A stretch of 54,603 bases of DNA. It comes from an uncultured Eubacteriales bacterium. Its GTDB lineage: Bacteria > Bacillota > Clostridia > Lachnospirales > Lachnospiraceae. Each line of letters begins with the position of its first letter. The first letter of the stretch is position 1. The notes beneath the pieces are model-generated. The model was not told where the DNA came from. It worked only from the letters and a program-made list of their open reading frames with translations, and ran no database searches. Below are positions 9,507 to 17,994 of this stretch, in pieces. The DNA is taken from assembly GCA_900545455.1 (NCBI GenBank), contig UQZF01000001.1, positions 1 to 54,603 on the forward strand, read 5' to 3'. The translations under genes were made by a program, and so were the position numbers.

Positions 9507-10457
9507 ATGAAAAAGGCGTATGTGACAGGTGCGACAGGTGCAATAGGAATGGCACTTGTGGCAGAGCTTCTCAAAAACAATACAGAGGTTACGGTATTTT
9601 TACGAAGAGATTCCGAGCGCAGTAGCCGTATATCGGAGCGGTTTGAGCGGGAGCTTGGGAGAGGGTTTTTGAATTTAGAGTATGTGAGGCTTGAGGAGCT
9701 TGCAGACTTTGAAAAGGATGCAGATGTGCAGCGGGGGGACAGTGTGTTTTATCACCTTGGATGGAGCGGTACATTCGGAAGTCTGAGAAATGATGCCGGG
9801 ATGCAGCAGAAGAATGTGGAGTACACACTGGATGCGGTGAGGCTTGCGGGAAGGCTCGGATGTTCAAAGTTCATCGGAGTGGGCTCGCAGGCGGAATACG
9901 GCAGGGCAGGTACAAGGCTTACCCCGGATACGGTGACGGCACCGGAGAATGAGTACGGCAGGGCGAAGCTTGATGCAGGAATAAAGAGCCGCAGACTGTG
10001 CGGTGAGCTTGGCATTGAACATGCATGGGTGAGAGTGTTAAGCGTCTACGGGCCTTATGACGGCATGAATACCATGATAACATCCGTTATAAGAGGGCTT
10101 TTGAACGGACGCAGGGTTCCGCTCACAAGGGGAGAACAGGTATGGAATTATCTGTACTCCGAGGATGCGGCGAAGGAGCTGTATCTGCTTGGAGAAGCTA
10201 TGAGGGACGGTGCGGTATATATTCTTGCAGGCCATGAGGAACACAGCCTCAGAGAGTATGTCATAAGGCTCTGCAGAACAGTGGGGGCTGATGAGAAACT
10301 GCTGGGATTCGGTGATGTACCGTATGGTGCAGGACAGGTGATGAGCCTGACGGCGGATATAAGTGCAGTGTGTTGCGATACAGGGTATATTCCGGATACC
10401 ACATTTGAGGACGGAATAAAGAAGACAACAGAGTGGGTAAAATCACTTCCTGAATAA
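9507..10457 (+). CDS. NAD(P)-dependent SDR epimerase/reductase (candidate YerF-like side-chain or 4-keto reductase)
   Basis: GATGAIG Rossmann motif and YGRAK (YxxxK). ATG at 9507; the GTG at 9495 is less likely. Confidence 0.75.
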   Translation: MKKAYVTGATGAIGMALVAELLKNNTEVTVFLRRDSERSSRISERFERELGRGFLNLEYVRLEELADFEKDADVQRGDSVFYHLGWSGTFGSLRNDAGMQQKNVEYTLDAVRLAGRLGCSKFIGVGSQAEYGRAGTRLTPDTVTAPENEYGRAKLDAGIKSRRLCGELGIEHAWVRVLSVYGPYDGMNTMITSVIRGLLNGRRVPLTRGEQVWNYLYSEDAAKELYLLGEAMRDGAVYILAGHEEHSLREYVIRLCRTVGADEKLLGFGDVPYGAGQVMSLTADISAVCCDTGYIPDTTFEDGIKKTTEWVKSLPE

Positions 10458-10479
10458 GCAGTGTGAAAAGAGGATAATT

Positions 10480-11541
10480 GTGGATAAGCAGCTAAAAAAG
10501 AAGATAAGCATAATGGTACCGTGTTATAACGAGGAGGAGAATGTCATTCCGATGAGTGAGGCACTTGTTGATGTGATGACGAGAGAGCTTCCGCAGTATG
10601 ACTACGAGATTTTATTTATAGATAACTGTTCACAGGACAGAACAAGGGAGTATCTGGAGAAAATATGTGCAGGAAATAAGAATATCAAGGCGATATTCAA
10701 TGTGACCAACTTCGGACAGTTCAACTCTCCGTTCTACGGAATGTGTCAGACGACGGGAGACTGTACTATAAGCGTGTGCTGTGATTTTCAGGACCCGGTG
10801 GAGATGATTCCCAAGTTCGTTGCAGAGTGGGAGAAGGGCTATAAGATTGTAAGCGGAATAAAAAGCCACAGCAAAGAAAATAAGTTCATATACCTTTTAA
10901 GAACCATATACTACAAGATGATACGCAAAATGTCCGATGTCGAGATGATTGAGCATTTTACGGGCTTCGGGCTGTATGATAAGACGTTTATTCATCTTTT
11001 AAGACAGCTTGACGATCCGATGCCTTTTATCCGCGGCATAGTGGCCGAGTATGGTTTTAAGCGCAAAGATTTAGAGTACACACAGCCTAAGAGACGTGCG
11101 GGAAAGACAAAGAACAATTTCTATTCGCTGTATGATGCGGCGATGTTAAGCATAACATCTTACACGAAAGTGGGCTTGAGACTTGCCACGTTTTTCGGTT
11201 TTATCGCGTCGGCGTTATCGATGCTTGTAGCTATAATTTATCTTGTGTACAAGCTCACGCACTGGCATACGTTCACTGCCGGAACGGCACCTATTGTAAT
11301 CGGTATATTCCTAATCGGTTCAATTCAGCTTTTCTTTATAGGGCTTATCGGTGAATATGTGCTCAATATCAACAAGCGTGTGATTCACAGACCGCTTGTT
11401 GTTGTGGAAAAGACAATAAATTTTGACGGTCAGCCGATTCCGATGGCGGGAACTACACAGGATGCGATTACAAACGAGAACGCATACGACGAGCATCAGC
11501 GCATGCTTGTACAGCAGGGGGAGTCAGGAGAGGACAGATAA
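10480..11541 (+). CDS. Family-2 glycosyltransferase, polyprenyl-phosphate sugar synthase type (GtrB/CsbB/DPM1-like)
   Basis: MVPCYNEE, IDNCSQDRT and CDFQDPVEMIP motifs. Two C-terminal TM helices (LATFFGFIASALSMLVAIIYLVY and APIVIGIFLIGSIQLFFIGLIGEY), as in GtrB-type enzymes. Confidence 0.75.
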   Translation: MDKQLKKKISIMVPCYNEEENVIPMSEALVDVMTRELPQYDYEILFIDNCSQDRTREYLEKICAGNKNIKAIFNVTNFGQFNSPFYGMCQTTGDCTISVCCDFQDPVEMIPKFVAEWEKGYKIVSGIKSHSKENKFIYLLRTIYYKMIRKMSDVEMIEHFTGFGLYDKTFIHLLRQLDDPMPFIRGIVAEYGFKRKDLEYTQPKRRAGKTKNNFYSLYDAAMLSITSYTKVGLRLATFFGFIASALSMLVAIIYLVYKLTHWHTFTAGTAPIVIGIFLIGSIQLFFIGLIGEYVLNINKRVIHRPLVVVEKTINFDGQPIPMAGTTQDAITNENAYDEHQRMLVQQGESGEDR

Positions 11542-12479
11542 TGGAGACTAAGAATAAAAATATACCGGTTGTTATTTTTCATGCGGGCTGTCCGGAACAT
11601 CTTCCGTACAGCGTTCATTCGGCAGAAAAGTATAATAAGAGAGTTATTCTCCTCGGAGATGATGCCAACAGGACTGTTGCGAAGGAGTGGTTCGATTACG
11701 AAAAGCTCAATCTTGACAGGTATAACGGGTTTCTTAAAATGTTTGAGAATTATTCGACCTACACGGATTTTTTTGCCGAGATATGCTTTAAAAGATACTT
11801 TTTGTACTATGAGCTCATGAAAGAGCTCAATTTTGACAGAATAATGGTTGCGGAGAGCGACTTGTATAATTGTGCCGATTACAGCAGCATTCCATCGCTT
11901 GATAAGGCGTATGCGATGGTATCCACGACGTCGGGGCAGGATAAGGATTACGGATGGAGTTCATGCTGTCACTGTTCGTACTGGACGAAAGCTGCTCTTG
12001 ATGATTTCTTAACCTTCTGCGAGGAGACTTTCAGGGACAACAAGGAGCTCCTCCTTGAAAAATGGAATTATCAGAAGGAACATAATCATGCCGGCGGCGT
12101 TTGCGATATGACGCTTGTGTACCTGTGGTCGAAGGATAATGATAAGGTGCTCAATTCCGCGAAAGTGTTTGACGGCGGAACGATTGACCAGAATTTGTGC
12201 GACAGGGTGAATTTTACGGACTATGAGTATAAGTACAATTCGGTTGCGGGAATCAAGAAGTATGTTCTTAAAAAAGATGCGGACGGCAATAAGCTGCCTT
12301 ATCTTGTGAGACAGGACGGAACACTTGTGAGAGTGTTTGCGATACATTGTTCGGGAAGGGCAAAGACGGCGATTAAGGCTTTTGATAGGAGCTATGCGGC
12401 AGTGTGTATGTCACAGATGAAGGCACAGATTAAGATTAAGCTTGGAGCGCTCAAGGGAAAGCTCCTGTCACGCGGTTAG
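11541..12479 (+). CDS. Hypothetical protein, possibly a GT-A-like glycosyltransferase
   Basis: 312 aa, soluble. Good RBS with an ATGA-style junction to the upstream gene. No motif I can name. The pattern of a beta-strand-like N-terminus (IPVVIFHAG) and an acidic ESD motif is only suggestive. Confidence 0.6.
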   Translation: METKNKNIPVVIFHAGCPEHLPYSVHSAEKYNKRVILLGDDANRTVAKEWFDYEKLNLDRYNGFLKMFENYSTYTDFFAEICFKRYFLYYELMKELNFDRIMVAESDLYNCADYSSIPSLDKAYAMVSTTSGQDKDYGWSSCCHCSYWTKAALDDFLTFCEETFRDNKELLLEKWNYQKEHNHAGGVCDMTLVYLWSKDNDKVLNSAKVFDGGTIDQNLCDRVNFTDYEYKYNSVAGIKKYVLKKDADGNKLPYLVRQDGTLVRVFAIHCSGRAKTAIKAFDRSYAAVCMSQMKAQIKIKLGALKGKLLSRG

Positions 12480-12515
12480 GCAATCGCCGTACAGATAAAA
12501 GAATGGGGATTATCT

Positions 12516-13904
12516 ATGAAAGACATTATTCGTAAAATAATTAAATCATGGGCGGCTACGGAAGGAAATGTAAATTCCACGGAAGATATACTTGAGTGGG
12601 TGGAAAGGCTTAACCGGAATGCCAACGTTTCGATTACGGAGTGCGTATCAGGAGATAACAGCTTCTGGTTCTATGATGATTATGTCGGGGAGATACACAA
12701 CAGAAAGCGTTCATTCTTCTCAATCACGGGAATACAGCGATATGAGAATAACAAGCTTGTTGCGGAACAGCCTATAATCGTGCAGCCGGAGATTGGTTAC
12801 CTTGGCATAATATGTAAAGAGATAGATGGTGTCATCAATTTTCTTATGCAGGCTAAGATAGAGCCGGGAAATGTCAATGTCATACAGATTTCGCCTACAA
12901 TACAGGCGACTAAGAGCAACTACACCAGAAGACATGGAGGGGTACTGCCTAATTATTTTGATTATTTCTATAATTCAAAGAATTACACGGTGATATATGA
13001 CCAGATTCAGTCAGAGCAGGCAGGGAGATTTTATAAGAAGAGAAACCGCAATATCATAATGCTTCTTGATGAGGACATAGAGGTGCTGCCGAATTATAAA
13101 TGGATGACGCTGGGACAGATTAAGCAGCTTATGAAGATTGACAACCTTGTCAATATGGACACGAGAACGGTGCTCTCCGGAATACCGCTCACCAACTGCG
13201 GATTTTCGGCGGAAGAACTTTCGGACATTGAGAAATGTTTTTCGGACAAGAGCTTTTATCATTCGATATTCACGGGAGGAATCACTGCGAATATTTCCGA
13301 AATATATCAGTTCCTCAACAATTATAAGATGTTTGAGGAGAAAAAGACGGTGCTTGTGCCGCTCAACCAGCTTCGTGACTGGAGCGTTGATGATTATGGT
13401 GTCACATGCAACCATGAGGCCGATTACATGGTGAGATACTATGATATAGAGATTAACGGAAGAGAAGTAAAGCAGTGGAGCCAGCCGCTTTTCAAGGCGA
13501 TAGGAAAGGCAACATTCGGTCTTATCACAAGAACCATGAACGGCAAGAAGGAGTTCTTGGTCGCAGGCAGACCGGAGATAGGTTCCTTCGACTATATAGA
13601 GTTAGGACCGTCTGTTCAGTGGGAGCCGACGAGAAAGCCGGAGGATGATAATGTAGTCGACGGTCTTTTCAGAGATAAGATTGCACATGGAAAGGCAAAG
13701 TATCATGTAATTCTCTCCGAGGAGGGCGGACGCTTTTACCATGAGCAGAATTACAATTATATTATTGAGATTGAACCGAAGGAGTTGGAAGAGGTACCTG
13801 AGGGATATTTCTGGATAGATTATGGAACACTTAATTACATGATACAGATTAACAACTGCCTTAATATTCAGCTTAGAAATCTGTTGTCATTGATTGAAAT
13901 ATAA
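12516..13904 (+). CDS. NDP-hexose 2,3-dehydratase (EvaA/TylX3/SpnO family)
   Basis: 462 aa with a duplicated-domain architecture. Blocks SFFSITGI, QPEIGYLGII, MQAKIEPGNVN and IQATKSNYTRRHGG are characteristic of the hexose 2,3-dehydratase family. Confidence 0.82.
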   Translation: MKDIIRKIIKSWAATEGNVNSTEDILEWVERLNRNANVSITECVSGDNSFWFYDDYVGEIHNRKRSFFSITGIQRYENNKLVAEQPIIVQPEIGYLGIICKEIDGVINFLMQAKIEPGNVNVIQISPTIQATKSNYTRRHGGVLPNYFDYFYNSKNYTVIYDQIQSEQAGRFYKKRNRNIIMLLDEDIEVLPNYKWMTLGQIKQLMKIDNLVNMDTRTVLSGIPLTNCGFSAEELSDIEKCFSDKSFYHSIFTGGITANISEIYQFLNNYKMFEEKKTVLVPLNQLRDWSVDDYGVTCNHEADYMVRYYDIEINGREVKQWSQPLFKAIGKATFGLITRTMNGKKEFLVAGRPEIGSFDYIELGPSVQWEPTRKPEDDNVVDGLFRDKIAHGKAKYHVILSEEGGRFYHEQNYNYIIEIEPKELEEVPEGYFWIDYGTLNYMIQINNCLNIQLRNLLSLIEI

Positions 13905-13915
13905 TGGAGCGAAAT

Positions 13916-14866
13916 ATGATTAGAATAGGTATACTTGGAGCAGCGGACATAGCGTATAACAAATTCATTCCGGCACTTTGCCGGGTGGGCGGTGCAGAGT
14001 GTGCGGGTGTTGCGTCCAATTCAGGAAAGAAACTTGAAAGATTTGTTGAAAAATATAACCTGCATGTATATTCATCTTATGACGAGGTGATAAATGACGG
14101 GAGTGTTGACTGCGTGTACATACCTCTTCCTCCCGCATTTCATTATGAGTGGGCGAAAAAGGCACTTCTCGCCGGAAAACATGTTTTTCTTGAGAAGCCG
14201 TCCACAACGTCTCTTGAATATACGAAGGAGCTTGTGGAGCTGGCAGATGAGAGAGGTCTTGTAATTCAGGAAAATTATATGTTCCAGTATCATGACCAGC
14301 TTGCAAGGCTGAAGGAGCTTGTAGCAGAGGGCAGAATCGGAAAGCTCAGACTTGTGAGGACAAGCTTCGGTTTCCCAAGACGTGCGGAGGGTGATTTCCG
14401 TTACAACAAGGCATTGGGCGGCGGAACCATGATGGACAACGGCGGTTATACGATAAAGCTTATAACGGAACTTCTCGGGGAGAGCACAAGATATATAAGT
14501 TCCAAACTTGACTATGACGATGAGACGGGTGTGGATATATTCGGAACCGCTGAGTTTACTAACGATGACGGGGTTATTGCACAGGCAGCGTTCGGAATGG
14601 ATTGTCAGTACCAGTGCTCGCTTGAACTGTGGGGCACCAAGGGAAGAATCACGACGGGAAGAATCTACACGGCACCGGCAGGCTATGCACCGACTGCGTT
14701 GATAGAGACAGGTTCGGAGAGTGTAACGGTAGAACTTCCGGGTGATGACCATTTTGTAAAATCGATAAAAATATTTTTGGAAGCTTTGAATGATGAAAAT
14801 ATAAGAAAGAATATGGCGGCAGCTCTTGTAAGACAGTCGGCGTTTGTAGAGGATGTCAGAAAATGA
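13916..14866 (+). CDS. Gfo/Idh/MocA-family oxidoreductase, candidate NDP-hexose 3-ketoreductase
   Basis: IGILGAADIAYNKFIPAL Rossmann motif and an FLEKP motif. It immediately follows the 2,3-dehydratase, the pairing seen in 2-deoxysugar pathways. The ATG at 13916 has a GGAG RBS; the alternative is 13904. Confidence 0.75.
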   Translation: MIRIGILGAADIAYNKFIPALCRVGGAECAGVASNSGKKLERFVEKYNLHVYSSYDEVINDGSVDCVYIPLPPAFHYEWAKKALLAGKHVFLEKPSTTSLEYTKELVELADERGLVIQENYMFQYHDQLARLKELVAEGRIGKLRLVRTSFGFPRRAEGDFRYNKALGGGTMMDNGGYTIKLITELLGESTRYISSKLDYDDETGVDIFGTAEFTNDDGVIAQAAFGMDCQYQCSLELWGTKGRITTGRIYTAPAGYAPTALIETGSESVTVELPGDDHFVKSIKIFLEALNDENIRKNMAAALVRQSAFVEDVRK

Positions 14867-16752
14867 ATACAAAGTCAAAGTTCGGTAAAGCGGCAGTGCA
14901 GGTGAGTCAGATTGCTGTCATAGCACTATTTTTCATAATGTTTTTCCTGTCTGCGAGGACGTCGGTGCTGTACGGCACGGTATGGCAGAACAGCTTCAAA
15001 AGCATGGTAAATGCAGGGCTTATAGTGAGTGCCGTTATATTCGGAGCATGTATGGGTGTTGTCGTATATGCCATGCGTAAGGGAGAGGGGGCAAAGCCTG
15101 ATTATCGTGATGCGGCGGCGTGCGGACTGCTTATAATTGTACATTACATTATAAGGGTTCAGATAGTGGGGACATTGCAGCTTGATGAGGGACTCACATG
15201 TTATGAATCCCTTGAGCGTCTTGTATACCACCCTGATATGATTTTAAGTGATTTCATAGAGGCGGGAAAAATTGCCGACAGAAGTGCTTACGGATACTGT
15301 ATGTTTGCACTCATGGGTGAGTTTATGGTTCCGGGAAAAGGAACGGGATTTCAGTGGAGCCAGCTCTATATGGGAATTGCGGCGGCGTGCTGCATATATA
15401 TGACATTCAGAAGACTTTTTCCAAAGGCAAGGCAGATAATTGTGTGGTTTGGGGCACTTGTGGTATCTTTTTCACCGATGACGCTCGGTATGTCAACTCT
15501 GTGCGGATTAGAGTACGGAATGACGATGTTCTTTATCTATGCATTTTACTGCTGTGTGTCCAAAAGATATATTCTTATGGTGTTCTGGCTTATAATGCTT
15601 GGAACGACCAAGAGCTCCGGAATGCTGGTTGCGCTTATGTTTGCGGGAGCATTCTTAGTCGGTATATTTACCACGGGAATAAGAAATAAGAAAAAAACAA
15701 CGGCTGCGGATGAGGCGGACAAAGAGAACGCATCGCAGGAAACTGAGGATACCGAAGGCGATGAATACAATGTTAAGACGGGAATTATAGTCATAGGTGC
15801 CATACTCGCGGTTGTTCTGTTTGTATACGGTGTCATAAGAGTATGCGCCATGAACGGAATTGCTTTTTCGGGTTATTATATTAAGATTAAGCTTGCGCAG
15901 CTGTATGTGCTCAATTTTAACTGGATATGGCTCATAATAGTGATTGCGGGGATTGTCATGGTATCGGCGAACATGAGGGTGAGAAGAACCCACAGGATGG
16001 AGTTCACACCGTGGCTTGTGCTTGTTGGAAGCTACATGGTGTATGTGCTGTATCTGCTCGCATATCCTAAGGCGACGCTTCCGAGATATAATATGCTTGC
16101 TGACACGTTGTTTGCAATGTTCGGTGTGATTATGCTCATAAAACTGTTCGAGAGGCGGAGAGTTATTCTCACAACGCTCACAGTGCTTGGCGGACTTATG
16201 TTTGCCGAGACGTTTATCACCGTTGACCCGGTGAGTGCGGCACTTTTTACCAATATGCAGACGAACCGTTTTCCTATACTCTATACAGCCGGCTTTTCTG
16301 ATGAGCAGAAGGACATGAACGGCAATCCGGGTGATTACGCTTATTACAATTATCATTATACTTTTGTGAACAATGCGATTGACAGTATTCTCGACGAGTA
16401 CGGAGCCGACACGGACATAATCGTCGCATCGTCGGCAAACGAGGGAGAGACACAGTTCCGTCAGGACAATATAAGATGGAATCCGAAGGAGCGTGCACTT
16501 GTGTATTACTCAGAGGACAGCGTATCCGGCTGTTACAGCGTCAACAGAGTTGCCGTCGACGGAATACTGAAGCTTTCTGTACTTCCTGAGAGGCTGGTAT
16601 ATATTGAGATTCCGTGGAACCACGGCGATTCAAAGAGTGCAATTGATATGCTTGAAAATTATTACAGCGTGGACGGACCGAAGGTAATGTATGAAGGATG
16701 GCAGGGAACGGTGCTGTATTACTTTTTTACACTTAAACAGGTTCAGAAATAA
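14863..16752 (+). CDS. Polytopic membrane protein, candidate GT-C-fold glycosyltransferase
   Basis: 629 aa with about 11-12 predicted TM helices. Acidic first loop (QLDEG), acidic low-complexity loop (ADEADKENASQETEDTEGDE), and a roughly 170-aa soluble C-terminal domain. ATGA overlap with the upstream gene. Confidence 0.55.
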   Translation: MNTKSKFGKAAVQVSQIAVIALFFIMFFLSARTSVLYGTVWQNSFKSMVNAGLIVSAVIFGACMGVVVYAMRKGEGAKPDYRDAAACGLLIIVHYIIRVQIVGTLQLDEGLTCYESLERLVYHPDMILSDFIEAGKIADRSAYGYCMFALMGEFMVPGKGTGFQWSQLYMGIAAACCIYMTFRRLFPKARQIIVWFGALVVSFSPMTLGMSTLCGLEYGMTMFFIYAFYCCVSKRYILMVFWLIMLGTTKSSGMLVALMFAGAFLVGIFTTGIRNKKKTTAADEADKENASQETEDTEGDEYNVKTGIIVIGAILAVVLFVYGVIRVCAMNGIAFSGYYIKIKLAQLYVLNFNWIWLIIVIAGIVMVSANMRVRRTHRMEFTPWLVLVGSYMVYVLYLLAYPKATLPRYNMLADTLFAMFGVIMLIKLFERRRVILTTLTVLGGLMFAETFITVDPVSAALFTNMQTNRFPILYTAGFSDEQKDMNGNPGDYAYYNYHYTFVNNAIDSILDEYGADTDIIVASSANEGETQFRQDNIRWNPKERALVYYSEDSVSGCYSVNRVAVDGILKLSVLPERLVYIEIPWNHGDSKSAIDMLENYYSVDGPKVMYEGWQGTVLYYFFTLKQVQK

Positions 16753-16770
16753 CGGAAAGGAAGAAGAGTT

Positions 16771-17904
16771 ATGAAAAGATATATCAGTCAGGTTTCAGAT
16801 ATTATGAAGAATGACTTATCACTCAATGTTCTTGTTGTGGGAATGCTGCTCTACTTCTCCGTGATGGGAACCGTGAACGGACATTATGTACAAGCCGCAT
16901 GTGCGCTTGTGAGCGTGGTGCTTTATATTGCCGGGGCATTTTTAGGTTCAATAAAGAAATATCTTCCGATAATTTTATCAATTATATTTATTCCTGTGCT
17001 TATCGCGGCAGGGATACAGTTTCTTGCACATAGAACGATAAGCGGCGGGTTTCTCAACGTGTGTACGGTTATGCTGCTTTTCTCCGTTGCGGGATACACG
17101 AATACTACGGGAAACAAGTGCATAACTTATCTCGTGGGAGTAGTGGGAAGTATTTTCGTGTTCTGCATAAACCAGAACAACAACGGTATTATAATATGGT
17201 TCGGTATGCTTATTGCGGCAATTATGCTTCTTGATGCGACATACACGGCGGTGTCTAAATATGTGCTTGTATGGTTTTTCTCGTTTCTTATCATGAAGGT
17301 GGTGGGAATTGTATTTTTCCTTAAGAACATTAAGATTAAGGACGGTCTTATGGGACTTCTTGCATCGAATGAGGAGCTCTATATCGTCCTTGTCATACTG
17401 GGAATAGGAAGCCTGCTCCTTAGGGAGAGACATCCGAGAATTAAATCGGACAGAGACAAGAAGCATATTCCGTCACTCAAAAGATGGCAGACCATTACCG
17501 GAATAACATTTGCGCTTCTTTTTTTCTGGGGAATACTCAATATGAATGATATTTTCAGCATGCAGATACACGATGCAACCAAGTCGGTCACAACGGCACT
17601 GCTCAATATATATGTATACATCAATAATTTTGCGGGTTCGTTTGACAATATATTTTCGGACTGCGGATTTATTGCGCTGTTTCTGACGGTGGCGGGAATG
17701 TGTGCCATAGCGTACAAGTCACTGCAGAACTACAGAAGGACGCATGCGGTTGAGGATAAGCTTCTGGGCATGCTAATGGCAGGGTATATTGTAAGCTTCA
17801 CATATCTTGACTTTTCTGTGCCTATGACACTTTTATGGATGCTTGTCGCGGGATGCGTTGTAAACGGAGGGGTTACCGCCAAAAAGGAAGCCGGTAAAAA
17901 TTAG
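16771..17904 (+). CDS. Polytopic membrane protein (O-antigen polymerase/ligase-like, tentative)
   Basis: 377 aa with about 10 hydrophobic segments and a good RBS. Last gene of the co-directional cluster. The family assignment is not supported by any specific motif. Confidence 0.5.
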   Translation: MKRYISQVSDIMKNDLSLNVLVVGMLLYFSVMGTVNGHYVQAACALVSVVLYIAGAFLGSIKKYLPIILSIIFIPVLIAAGIQFLAHRTISGGFLNVCTVMLLFSVAGYTNTTGNKCITYLVGVVGSIFVFCINQNNNGIIIWFGMLIAAIMLLDATYTAVSKYVLVWFFSFLIMKVVGIVFFLKNIKIKDGLMGLLASNEELYIVLVILGIGSLLLRERHPRIKSDRDKKHIPSLKRWQTITGITFALLFFWGILNMNDIFSMQIHDATKSVTTALLNIYVYINNFAGSFDNIFSDCGFIALFLTVAGMCAIAYKSLQNYRRTHAVEDKLLGMLMAGYIVSFTYLDFSVPMTLLWMLVAGCVVNGGVTAKKEAGKN

Positions 17905-17932
17905 TTGCAATTTGTAGCTGATAAGCTATAAT
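17905..17932 (+). promoter_or_regulatory. Sigma-A-type promoter TTGCAA-16 nt-TATAAT
   Basis: TTGCAA at 17905-17910 and TATAAT at 17927-17932, about 60 nt upstream of the ATG at 17995. Confidence 0.5.
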
Positions 17933-17994
17933 TTTATAATAAGTATCCGAATATAAATGTTCGGGAATTATATTACAATTTGAGGAGGATAATT

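Noticed and set aside
14072-16356. Long minus-strand ORFs (14072-14878, 15655-16356) inside the ketoreductase and membrane-protein genes
   Set aside because: These are shadow ORFs opposite well-supported plus-strand genes. They are rich in R/C/H/S, with no start context.
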